In this document: one piece after another, positions 40,370 to 52,830 of the stretch
How positions within the stretch are numbered: the first letter of the stretch is position 1
Layout: the number at the start of each line of letters is the position of its first letter
Made by a program: the position numbers and the translations under genes
The notes under the pieces: model-generated
Seen by the model: only the letters and a program-made list of their open reading frames with translations
The model's database searches: none
What the model was told of the DNA's origin: nothing
Assembly (NCBI RefSeq): GCF_009914755.1
Contig: NC_060931.1
Reading direction: 5' to 3' (one strand)
Length of the DNA stretch: 64,000 nucleotides
Source: the human T2T-CHM13v2.0 reference genome, Homo sapiens

Positions 40370-40695
40370 CCAGGGAAATTTGAACACTGATGGGATATTG
40401 GTTTATATAAAGGAACTGTAGATAATTTTACAGCTAATTTTATTTAATAATATGCTTGTTATATTTTAAGAGCTCTTTTCTTCTATAGCTATATACTGAA
40501 ATATTTGTGGGTGATTTCGTACAGTGTTGGATATGTTTTTAATAAGCAGGGATTTGGAGGGGGAACGTGGGTTGTGGAAAGACATAACAAGATGGGCTGG
40601 AGTTGATAATTGTTGAAGGTGGATGATGATGCCTGGAGGCTCAATTGTACTACTCACATCACGTATGCTAACAATTTTTCATAGTAAAAAAACTT
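40370..40695 (+). mobile_element. Old L1M 3'UTR fragment
   Basis: gggaaatttgaacactga...tactgaaatattt...ttgataattgttgaag. Confidence 0.7.
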
Positions 40696-42071
40696 TAGTG
40701 GACATCAACAACCTCACATTTAGTGCAAAATATAAGTGATTTGGCAGAACCAAGGAAGGAGTTATGTAGCATGCTTTCACTAATTCAGGTGGGCATTTGA
40801 GATCAAATATTATATGCTTTTTAATTTAAAAAATAAAAGTTCATAAGTCATCTGCTTGAAATTCTGTATGTCACTGTGATTTATTCCCCTTATCTCGACC
40901 CCAGCCTAGCCCAATCTGGCTCCTGTTTTTCTAGGGATTAACGTTAAGGTTTTATTGTGTTGTTTTGTTTTTAAGCTCTCCTGCCCTAATCGTTGAGTTG
41001 ACATATGCAATAGTTTGGGTCTTTTCTCCTAAGAGTGGAAATGGATACAAGCAACAGGAATGTCAGAGAAGCTGTGGGACTTGCCATCATAATCTTCCTT
41101 GCTACTTTTTATGTAAATAAACCACAGACCAAATGGGAACACCAGATATCAAACAATATTTTGTGAAACTGTTGCATTTACTGTTCTCTGCCCTTGTACA
41201 AGGACATCTATCACTAGCTGGTGTTTTCTCCCACAAAGCACAGAGGACATTGGGGCAATTATTAAATCAAAAGTTCCCAGTTGGCAACTCTTCTTGATGC
41301 CAAGGACACCAGATATGGAAGAATTTTCACCTTCAGTGTTTTCTAGTCTGACTAAATGCCTCTCGTGACTGTATTGTTGAAGAATTTCAGAAGATGGTGA
41401 GGGGGAAGGAGCCTTAAAGCCAACTCTAAGAGAAAAGCTTCTGGTCATGGAGATAGCATACAAAGTGTGTGTTGCGGCTTTAAAAAAAAATTTGTGTGCA
41501 TACACGTGTGTGTATTTCTTTATATATACATATTTGTTAAAGACCATCATCTGAACTATTAAGAGACAATCAAAGGGAAAAGAGGTCTTTGGTTGTGCTA
41601 GACCTTAGCATAGGTCAGTGTATGTTCTAGAACAGAAACATGTCAGATGATGGAGTTTTCTAGAAAATTAAATCTAAGACCGTGGTGGAATAGTTATTTA
41701 AGGGCTTAGCATCATCAGAGCAATCGTTTGTATTTTCTTCTGGGTTGCTTTTGGGAATTGCTTTTTGTCAGAGGGAAGGGTATGTCTTTAGGGATAAAAG
41801 AATAATTGGAAATTTAAAATATCTCAAGACTCATTCATATGCCTTTTGGGTCATCAGAAACTATATCTGTTTACTAATACTTGCTTGCTCAGATAGTTAC
41901 ATTTAAAAGGAGCATGTTTTTCCATGAATGTGAAACTTCATTTCGTGAAGAGGCACCATGCTTGTTCCCCATAACTTCCTCTAGTTTTTGTTCTAAAAAA
42001 GTAAAATTTTATTGATAGGTAGTTCCTAAAAGGAAAAACCAAAAGCAATGGTTGATGTAAAATTAGAGAGA

Positions 42072-42254
42072 TTGACTTTGGAGTATAAAGGATAATGGAA
42101 GAAAGTTCAGGAGCCATGACTTTGGAGTATGAAGGAAAAACGGAAGAGAAAGTTTAGGAGCCTTGAATTAGGAGTTTGAAGGAGAATGGAAGAGAAGGTT
42201 TAGGAGCCTTGAATTAGGAATATGAAGGAGAATGGAAGAGAAGGTTTTGGAGCC
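42072..42254. repeat. Minisatellite, 4 units of 44-47 bp, purine-rich
   Basis: Consensus ttgaattaggagtatgaaggagaatggaagagaaggtttaggagcc; units start at 42072, 42116, 42163, 42209. Confidence 0.93.
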
Positions 42255-42619
42255 AAACTCCAGGGCCTCTCCCGAGCTGGAGGAGCACAGCAGGTCTGGT
42301 TCTTTGTGGTTACACAGGGCAGGGCAGCGCCCCTTCAGTGATTCTCAAGACGTCACAACATGGGTACCCGGGGACTTCTTTAGACCTCACAGTCCACCAC
42401 AGAGATTCAGGCTCACACAGGGGAACATGCCACCCCTACTCACCCCATTGAGAACCACTACAGAAAGTGAGGATTGAAAGAGGGACAATGGAGACTCACC
42501 AATAAACATGATTCCAGGGGGCCAGAGAGCACCATGCCCCACCTGGCACACACTCACCTTCCCCATGTGTTGGAGGGATACCTGAGCTAGAAAGAAAAGG
42601 CCACAGGCCTGTGTGTCAG

Positions 42620-42790
42620 GTGGACCTGGCTCCCGAGTTTAGTCATCTCTGATATCTGGGCCAATTCTTTTGGACCTCACTTTCCTCATCTGTGAAATGG
42701 AAATAATAATACCTTTATGGGGTTGTAAAGGAATTCACTGCAATGATGCTTTAAAGCATCAGCACAGATCCTGGAACATACTAAGTGTTC
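42620..42790 (+). mobile_element. MIR
   Basis: tttcctcatctgtgaaatggaaataataatacc. Confidence 0.8.
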
Positions 42791-43742
42791 AGTTATATCA
42801 GTGGCAGTCCCCTCTCCCCCAGTCCTTGGCATCTCGGGATGGTGCTCAGCCTCACTGAGTTTCGCACTGTCCTCTCTGGAAATACAGCAAACCCTCCTGT
42901 GTCGTATTATGCTCTTGCCAGGCCCGACCTTGCCGGCCATGTCACCTTCTGCTTCTGTGCCAGGAGAGACTGCCCTCAGGAGGGTGCTGAGACTGGAGGT
43001 GGGGGACGGAGATTGAACCCCCCTTTCCCCAGGGCTCTGCAGAGCAGAATGTGAAGCTCACTTCCTGGTGTCTGCGATGTTCTCCTTGGCTCGGCCACAA
43101 GCAAGTTCACACATCAGCTCCTCTTTACCTTATTGGGGTTGTCACTTTTTAGCCCACCTCCTCTTCTTTTTTTGACCGAATCTTTTCAATGGAATCATCA
43201 AATCCTGACCCTCATCTGGGAAAAACCCTGGCTGCTCCTCCTCACCAGGGTCATGCAAGACCACTCCCTCCTCACCATTGACTTACATTCAAAGTAACAA
43301 TATACTTTTGTGTTCCAGGCACACAAAATTTCCGTGACTGACAGTGCCAGGCTTGGCCTGTTTGGCTTAGATAAAAGCAATTGTCAAGCAGTGGACCTGG
43401 AAGGCTCGGTGGACTTTATGACGTTCAATGTCGTTCTTTCCTGCTGTTGGCACAGATGGTGAGGGCTATTGGCAAGACCAGCTGCATGGCCGCATGCTGG
43501 TGCAGGCTGGGCTGACTAGACGGGTGCCCTGAGAGCTGAGCTTCTTTCACATCTGCCTCATCAGTGCCCTCTGGGTAACCTTGGATTTCTGTGCCCTTCA
43601 CCCTTCAGGCCCCACAGTGGGGACAGTCCTATAGGGAGAGGTTTGAGCGTGCTATTGATTTTCTTTCTTGTTTCATGTTGCTTTTGTTTCATTTAAAGTG
43701 TTGCTAGACAATGCCTGAAGAGAAAGGCTCCTCTAAAGCTTT

Positions 43743-44072
<330 letters not shown>

Positions 44073-44764
44073 CTAAAGCTTTAAACATGTTCTTCAAAGG
44101 CTGGGTTCTCAAGAGTAAAACAGGGAGAGGCTGGCCAAAAGTAGAAGGTGCCATGACCATACCACATCAGCTTCCTAAGGAGGATAGAAGGAACAAAATG
44201 AGATTTCATAGGAAAACTCTTTAAAATACAAAATCATGTACAGCCTTGTTCTTCAGTGAAATGAACTGAAATATGGCAGCTATATTAGGACATATTATTC
44301 TTGCTTTAACAAGAGCCAGACACCAAGAGAATCAAGACCAACAAGAATCATCTTACCACTCAGTTCCCTGATTCACTGCTTTGACACCTGGAGCAGTAGC
44401 CCTAGGGCTATGCAACCTGCTGGAACTTCTTGTATGTCTTCCCCAAGAAACAGGTGCATATTGCGAAACCACTTGTTCTCTTTGCTGCCAAATGTAGTTG
44501 CCCCCTACCCTGAACTCAGGATTTCTAACACAGACCCAGTGGTGATGGCTGAGTTTCAGGTTGGGAGGACAAGTTTAGAAAAAGGAAGGAGTGTGTGTCC
44601 AAAGTCACTTATTGACAGGGAGACTTTTCCACAGCAATTATAATCATACCTTCCTGTTATTATTCATAATAGTAATCCTCTAACATTTTGCTGTCAGCAG
44701 TGTGACAAATTAAAAAACATCTCCCCATAGAATATCACTGGATCTTTCAACACCTTCATGAGAC

Positions 44765-45270
44765 AGGTAAGGTCTAATTTTGGGCTCCCCTAAAAGTAGA
44801 TTCTGAGACAAGGCTTTGGGTGCAAGTAGTTTGTTTGGGAGGTGATTCCTGGATGCCCTGATAAGAGAGTGAGGAAGTGAAATAGAAGAGGGAGGAAAAC
44901 CAGTAATGGGTGTACGGGGAACTGGGGCTGCACCCCTGCTGTATCCTGGAGAGACTGTGTGGAGCCTGCCTCAAGTCGTTCCACCAACTCTTGTGACTCT
45001 CAGGCACTTTCCCCATCTGTCTTGCAGGGGTGTGCCTTCTCCTCTAGGAGTTCCCCTGGCAGAGTCCAACAGGCAGCTAGCCCAGAGGGGAGGTGAAGTC
45101 ATCCTCTGGAATAGGCTGAGCAGGTGTGCATGGGAGACCCACAGCATCTGCTATGGCTGTGCTTCTCACAGGGACAGGTTCATAGGGGAAGAAACAGGCA
45201 CAGTGAGCTCCAGTGCTTGCTCAGAGTCCACAGGACTCCATCCCCTGCCCTCTGTCCCCTCCACCACAGT
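44765..45270 (-). mobile_element. LTR16-family (ERVL) LTR
   Basis: ctgagacaaggctttgggtgcaagtagtttgtttgggaggtgat...ggaagtga. Confidence 0.75.
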
Positions 45271-45409
45271 GCATCCCCTAAAGCCCCAGGGCAGTCAGTA
45301 TTAGGAGACTAGCAACAGGGCCAGTAGCAATGGCCTTCTCTGACAGTGTTTCTCACACAGGGGCCCTGCATGGCTGGTGTGGCCCCTTCTTTTAGAGGCT
45401 CTTTTAGAG

Positions 45410-45590
45410 CATGGTGATTAAGATTCCTGAGCCAGACTTCCTGTGTTGCCATCCCAGAAGTTCTGCGGCCTTGGTTGAGCAAATTACTTAAATCTTCTGT
45501 GCCCTAGTTTCATTCTCTATTAAAATACTACCTATCTCATTATGGCTGATGTGAAGACTAATTGAATTAATACATATGAAGAGTTTAGTA
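45410..45590 (+). mobile_element. MIR
   Basis: caaattacttaaatcttctgtgccctagtttc...tacctatctca. Confidence 0.7.
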
Positions 45591-46499
45591 GAGAATAAGG
45601 ACCATCCAGGTGTTCACTGGTGGTGGTGTGGTTGGGCATAGCGATGCTCTTTTTCCTTCTACTACCGTTTTCCTGGCTTTGGAATTAATGTGAACCGGTA
45701 AAACAAAAGCTCACATTTCATTGCAGCATTTATGTCTGATAGGGATCTCACGAAGTTTAAACACCATTACACTTCGGATGATTTATGTATCACCTGCCTT
45801 CACTGCACGCTGGTAAACTCCCTAAGGAAGGAGATTGCACTTGCCTTGCCGTTCCTGGCATCAGCAGCATGAATCAGTGAGGCACCCGGCCTTTGGAGCT
45901 GCTCAGGAAATACGCACTCAGTGAGGAGAGCACATCCTTCCATAGGTTCACCAGTGACACCAAAGCCTCATGTTACACAGCCTAGCCACCTGCTGCTGGT
46001 GGCATTAATGTAAGAAGAATTTTAAAGGCTGCACAAAAGATGCACTTCTCCCAGAATTTTCTCTATATTTATAGAATGCTATTATAAGACCCTCAAAAGT
46101 ATTTTCAGCTGTGGCTCGATTCTTTAATCCCAAGTAGGATGAAATTGAAAGCTAAAATATGGAGTGTGGCATTTTAATATGCACTATTAGCATCCACCAC
46201 TGATGATCAGTATTAATGTTTTATTATGGATAGCACTATATGCCAACAGGTGGACTACATTTAACACTTGTTTGACTTTGACACACTCTGAAAATGCATC
46301 AGGGCCAAATTGAGGAGTCCTGTTTAACAGATGACGAATCCCTTCCACTGAGGTGTACAGACTCCCCTGCAGCAGAAGTGACCTGGGCCAGGTCGCTTGT
46401 TCACAATTACCACGTTTCTTTGATAAATGTCAGAGGCACCCAGTAGAGGGAGATGGGTGTTGGCTCCGCAGCCTGTGACTCGGTCGTAGACTCAGCTTC

Positions 46500-46815
46500 T
46501 TGTGGGCTGAATTATGTTTCTCTGGCCAAATTCCAATGTCGAAATCCTAACCCCCAGTGCCTCAGAATGTATTTAGAGAGAGGGCCTTTGAAAAGGTAAT
46601 TAAGATAAAGTGAAGTGCTAGTGCTTCACTTCCCATGTGAATACACAGGGAAAAGACAGCCATCTACAAGCCAAGGGGAGAGGCTCTCAGAAAAAACCAG
46701 CCAGCCAACACCTTGGTCTTGACCTTCTAACCTCCAGGACTCTGAGAAAATAAGTGTCTGCGGTTTAAGCCACTCAGTCTTTGTACTTTGTTGTCAGCCC
46801 TAACAAACTAATGCA
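46500..46815 (+). mobile_element. MLT1A/B MaLR LTR with internal deletion
   Basis: tgggctgaattatg...atcctaacccccag...ccaacaccttg...aaactaatgca. Confidence 0.85.
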
Positions 46816-47600
46816 CAATGTCTTTCTTAGCAAGCGTGTGCAGAAACCAACTGAGGCTCCCTCAGCTCTATGAAGTCCCAGCTTCCATCCTCTGAGATGC
46901 TGCCATTAACCTGAGGAAAGGCTTTTAGGGGTAAACGTATTTTTCTTGAGGCAGAATTCAGTGTTCCTGGACAGAATCTGCACCTTGTATCTTCACCCCG
47001 TGCTCATACATGGATGTGGATGCACATCCTTTCCCCCAAGTGTCTGTGCTGTTTTGTTTTGGTCGTACTTGCTTTGTTTTGCCTTGTTCTGTCTACTGTT
47101 TAGAAAAAGTGCAGAATCTCTGATTAGAAGGAGCCTTTTAGGGCTTTGCTTCTAATGACATAAATTGCTGAGTGTGCTGCAGTAGCAATGCATTTAGAAT
47201 CAATGGACAGATATCTGCTATTTCTAGAAGCTTATATGGAGAATTGTGTCAATTCCTTGCAACCTTGGATGGTCTCAGCATTCATTATAGGACAGTCTTT
47301 CAGTAATCACAAAGTGAATTGTCCCTCTCACATGCCATGCAGCAGCTGTTGGCTCCCTTTTGGGGGCCACTGTTGTTCTAATTGATTCTTGCTGGAGTGA
47401 TGGGGCTCAGTTATGGCTGGAGTGGACGAGCAGACCCAGGGTTAGCCTCAGGGGGACTTAGTGTAGGCTGATAGTTGCAAACATGTACCAAAGAAACCAC
47501 AAGAAGTGAATGTTAACTCACTTTTTACAAATCATCTCACTCCTGCCCTTTCTTTGTCTCCATTTTTTCTCACTCTACTGTCCCTTTATTATTTTGTCTC

Positions 47601-47775
47601 TGTTGCCAGAGTGAGCAAATCAAAGTACAGGACACCCTGTTAAACTTGAATTTCAATTAAATGACATATAATTGTTTTAGTATAAGTGTGTAGCAAACTC
47701 ACACTAAATCAATTATTTGTTGTTTATCTGAAATTCAGATTTAACTGTGAATTCTGTATTTTATCTGGTAACCCT
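47601..47775. mobile_element. MER53 palindromic DNA element
   Basis: gttgccaga...ttgaatttca / tgaaattca...tctggtaaccct inverted arms. Confidence 0.8.
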
Positions 47776-48122
47776 ATGTCTCTCAACATGACTTTTGTGT
47801 GTTTCTTAGATATGTATGTATATATGTAGATAGGACTATAGACATACACATAGCTATCTTCCTCACAGACTTTGCTAATCTGTCCTTTTCCATTGTAAAC
47901 CTACCCCACCCTACATATCTCCCACCTTTATTCATATCTTTAGGGGTTTTTATACATATCTTTTCTTCTTCCTTTGTTCATGCCTTTGTATTCTATTCCC
48001 TATTGTATATCTCCCTAATCTATCCTTAAAAACTATGGTATTTCCTCCTAAATATTGGTCATATTTAATACGTACTTTAAGTTTCCTTCTTACTTTAAAA
48101 TTCTGAGAAGTAAAAATCTTCA

Positions 48123-48428
48123 GGCCAGGCACAGTGTCTCACACCTGCAATCCCAGCACTTTGGGAGGCCAAGGCTGGAGGATTGCTTGAGCCCAGGAGT
48201 TCGAGAATAGCATGAGCAACAAAATGAGATCTCATCTCTACAAAAAATAAAAAAATTAGCCGAGCATGTTGGTGTGCTGTCTGTTGTCTCAGATACACAG
48301 GAGTCTAAAGCAGGAGGCCAGCTTGAGCCCAGGATTGCTTGAGCCTGCCATGAGGTGTGAACTTGCCACTGCACACTAGCCTAGGTGACAGAATGAGACC
48401 CTGTCTCAAAAGAAAAACCAAACAAAAC
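48123..48428 (+). mobile_element. AluJ-type with small internal duplication
   Basis: Alu dimer; gcttgagcccaggattgcttgagcc. Confidence 0.88.
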
Positions 48429-49544
48429 TTTCTAGCTATCTCTTTAAAAACAGAACTTGCATTTTATTGTCATTCTTATTTATTTGTTTATATTGATTTT
48501 ACCTTGTCAGATCAATGGCTCGTCATTGAAAATGGGATGATACCCTTAGACAGAAGGTTGGTGGGGTAGAATACTTGTCATGTAAGAACCTTCTGGGCAA
48601 CATGGAAAGTTTAAGGAATAAATATTTTTTCACTCTTGTCATATTTTATTAGCAAATCTCAAAATCCACCAGTCAATAGGCACAAGTTACTCTAATGTCT
48701 ATTTTTTCGCAAATCACTATGCTAAGCTATGGGAGACCCAAATCAGTGGAGCCTTATTTGTCTCTGCCGTCAGGTAAGACATATGAAGAGATAATATGAA
48801 GTAATATATATTCATTGTAGCAAAGAATGTAGGCTGAGCGGGAACTGAGTGATAAGAGACCTTGGTGATTAAGGGATTGGATGAGAATGGCTGCCCTCCT
48901 TACCAGCGTGAAGCACAGAGCAGACAGTGCTGGGGCCCTCACTGGGAACTCACACACCTCCCTCACCTTACACCCTAACCACCTCCCTCACCTCACCTTG
49001 TCCCCAACCTGTGACATAGGGTAGTTAAACTTTGCTCCCCCATAATCTGGCATTTCAGAAGATAAACTAAGTTGTTTCTCTTAAAAAGAATCATGGCAAC
49101 GTGTCCCTGATTCTTTTGGAAAATATAAATTGATGAATTTATTTTTCTTGATTTTTAGTAGATTATGCCCCAACTCATTCCACAAAAAGTTGAGACAGTG
49201 ATTTTCCCGCAGAGTTTTCCTACACCCTTTCCATAGTACTTGGCTTCTACAGATTTTTTTTTCTGGTTTATAAGATGTCTGATTTATTTTTTGACAAAAT
49301 AAACCAGAAAGCTCAGTGCAGGTGTCCACCAATTCAAGGAGAAGACACACTTTTCAGAGCTCTGCTTCCTATGGCCCAGCTGCTGTTGGCCATTGGTGTT
49401 ACCTGGGGTTTCTACATTCTCCCACCTCCTACCCAGTGACTTCTCCCAGGGATGTTGATGACTGTGGAGCTTTAATGTATGATTTTCTTTAAACTATTCC
49501 ATGTAAACATTGAATATATCTCTGTGTGTATATGTGATTTAATT

Positions 49545-49662
49545 TTTAAATGGACTTTTTTAGAGCAGTTTTAGGTTCACAGCAAAATTGAGCACAAAGT
49601 ACAGAGAGTTCCTGTACACCCACTGCTGCCACACATGCACAGCCTCTCCCACTGTGCACATC
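49545..49662 (-). mobile_element. L1MC-type 3' terminal fragment
   Basis: ttttagagcagttttaggttcacagcaaaattgagc...gtacagagagttcc. Confidence 0.8.
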
Positions 49663-49843
49663 AAGACTTACATTCTGTATTTTTTAAAGATTCATCATCT
49701 TTAAAACCCTCCTTTTCATGGTTGTTGCAGCATGAACCTATTGTTACTCAAAATGAGCAGACTGAGTACCAGAGATTATTGGCATTTTAATGTGATTTCT
49801 TTAAAATGTTTATGTATTAGTTTTTATGGTAAGTGTCTTACAG

Positions 49844-49890
49844 TCATATTACATAGCCATATTTTCTCATATTACATAGCCATATTTTCT
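49844..49890. repeat. Perfect 23-bp tandem duplication
   Basis: (CATATTACATAGCCATATTTTCT)2. Confidence 0.95.
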
Positions 49891-50699
49891 GCCAGTACAA
49901 GTATTTTTGGTTCTTAAAGTGAAATGGAATATACTAGAGATCAGAATAGTAGCTGACACATCAAAGGCAGTTGATGATGTTTGTTAAACTACATTGATAT
50001 TCTATTTCTCAGAGTCTTGTGACTTCCAGATGCTTCATGGTCTTTAAATGGCTTCTCCCCTCACCCCACCCTCAACAAGGCTGTAGCCTCTTCCATAGCG
50101 TGTGGGTTAACTTCACTGAAATACCAAGGAGGCAGAGACCCATCAGCACAAAAGAAGGACAGTGTGTAAGGATATATCTTAGGTTCAGAGCAATGGTTAC
50201 ATCAGCCCACACCACTCTCATTACATATAGCCTCAATCAGCAGGCCTAATTTTAGGAGGTGCAAGACAAAAACAGTCGAGAGAAGTGAACTAAAAATACA
50301 CCCCCCTTATTCTGTTACAATGTACTTCCTCAGATAGTTGGTCTGTTCCATTAAGCAAAATTCTCTGCCTATCATAGTTGTCATAAAGACTTTTCGATGA
50401 TGATTAAGAACAATGAGAGCCTACATTTTATTTTGATTCATTGCAGCTGTCGTGACCTTCCACTTATTTCTGCTCCTTTTTAGAATTGCTGGCATTCACT
50501 TAAACAGATGCTACTGTACTTTTCAGGGAGAGTTTGAGGTGGCCCCATTTTATTAATATACAAAGAGTGTCATTAAGGAGGGTATGTTGTATGAGTCACA
50601 CTTTAAGTATACCAGTGGGCCCCTTCTGTGATTCTCATGACAAAAATACTTGTTTCTATTTTCAGCTCCCACTGTATTTTTCACATTGAAGAACCTATT

Positions 50700-52830
50700 T
50701 TATTTTAATGAAGCTTTAAGAGTGCTTATTATGTATAAGACACTATGCTCAGTACTGGAAGGGTTGATTGAGACATAATTCCTGCCTCAAGGAACTTACT
50801 TGGAGAAGACAGATACATGTCAAGATGTGAAACTAGGATGTCTGCAGTTGGCACTTCTTAGGGAGGGAGCTGTTTTTGGGGAAATATCTTCATGAACTAT
50901 GGAGGTAGGGCTGGAACTTGAGGGCAGGAACAAGGTAGCAGTAAGAATGGATAAACCACACCACATGAGACAAGGCGAAGAATTCGTTCCATGCATAAGA
51001 GGCTGGGCAGAGGGAGAAGACGGTTGAGCAGGGAGCTGAGAGAGAAGATCCAGAACACTGGTTTGAGGTTTGGGACAAAAGGAGCGCTGGACCAGGTGAC
51101 ATTCCATGTCGGGAAGATCAAAGGCCATCTGAGGGCCAGGGATGCCCAGTGCTCAGTGTGAGGGTGTTGATGATGCTTGGGAGGGAGAGCCTTTCTGTTC
51201 TCTACCACATTTCAATAACATCTACTGTGCTTATCAGGAATGCTTTATGTGAGTGTTTTGGGGTTTCTTTGTTTTGTTTTGTTTTGTTTGGGTGTGGGGA
51301 CTATCCCAGAAGGTTCTGAGCTGCATTTCTGAGAGCATGAGGAATACAGCAGAGACAGGATATATGAAAGTAGGAACCTGGAAGCAAATGTGACCCTGAG
51401 ACACAAGCTCCCCTGAAATTGCAGAAGTCTTTGGCAGGCATTGTACTTCCTGAGGGCGTCAAGCGGGAGGTCTGAGCCAGTTTCCTCTCGATCTCAAGGG
51501 CTTGGGAAACCCCAGCTGATATCTGCTTGTCTGGGTTAAACTGTTAAAATGCATGGCCATTTTACATAAGTTTATAAGAGTGGAAATGCACAGAAGGGAA
51601 TAATTAATTCTGACTCAGATTAACTTAGGGCTCCCTGAGAGAGCCTTCATAGCTGGGCCTTGGAAGCTGAGTGTGAGTTCAATAAACAGAATTGGAGAAG
51701 GCTGTGTCAGGTAGAGGGAATGCCTGAGAATTGGCCTTGAGACACCAACTGTGTGGACAGGACAGGGAATGGAGAACTAGGCATGTGTGGTTGGCATCTA
51801 TAGTGTGTGGGTGGGTAGAAACATGGACCGTGGTCAGATTCTGGAAGGCCTTAAACTCTGTGCTTAGTGAATTTTGACTTAAGTCTGTGGATGTCTGATC
51901 TGCATCTAGAGAACTAAATTGGAGAAACAACATGAAAGTTTGTAAGGAAAAGTTTTGAAAGCAAGAGTCCCATTAGAAGACCATTTAAATCCATGATTCT
52001 CAAACTTCCCACTTCCACCTATACACCTACTATAGTTTGGATACTTGTCTCCCCAAACCTCATTGTGAAATGTGATCCCCAGTGCTGGAGGTGGGGCCTA
52101 ATGGATGGTGGTTGGGTCATGGGGACAGCTCCCCATGAGTTCGTTCTTGCTGTATTAGTTCCCTCCAAAGCTGGTTGTTAAAAAGAACCTGGTGCCTCCC
52201 CCTGTCTCTCTTCCTTCCTCTCTTACCATGTGATCTGGACACACTGGCTCCACTTTGCCTTCTACCATAAGTGGAATCAGCCTGAAGCCCCCACCAGAAG
52301 CAGATGCTTGCGCCATGCTTCTTGCACAGCCTGCAGGACTGTAAGTCAAATAAACCTCTCTTTTCTTCATAAATTACCCAGGCTCAGGTATTCCTTTATA
52401 GCAACACAAACAGACTAAGATAACCCCTGGAGGATGATCTACTCCCATCGCTAAGATTGGAGCCATAGTTCAAATGGTATGGGTGAGAAGTAAAGAGAGT
52501 GAACACAAGAAATTGTAGTAGAACTAGAAAGGATGGTAGGAATCAGAGATACATTTGGAGGCACGGTTGATAGGTGGTAAAATTGACAAATTATTGATAC
52601 AGGGAATTGTTGGTTTTAAGTCTGGTTAACTTGAAAGATATTATTGAGCTCTGTATCACAATAGGAGTAAGAGATGCATAGGAGTGTGTTTGTGCACGGT
52701 GGGGAGCGGTGGGGGTGGGGCAGAGATTATGAGTTTGGTTTTGGATGTGTTAAGATTGAGGTACTAGTGGGATATTTACATGGAGATGTTCAGCAGCCAG
52801 TTGGAAATGCAGGCCTGGGGCTGCACACTA
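50700..52830 (-). mobile_element. Scattered L2 fragments
   Basis: cctgcctcaaggaactta; tttggatgtgttaagattgagg...ggagatgttcagcagccagttgga. Confidence 0.55.
52028..52422 (+). mobile_element. MSTB MaLR solo LTR
   Basis: tactatagtttggata...caaataaacctc...aaattacccaggctcaggtattcctttatagcaacac...gactaagata. Confidence 0.88.

Noticed and set aside
42072-42254. Regularly spaced repeats resembling a CRISPR array
   Set aside because: Head-to-tail units with no unique spacers; eukaryotic DNA with no cas genes
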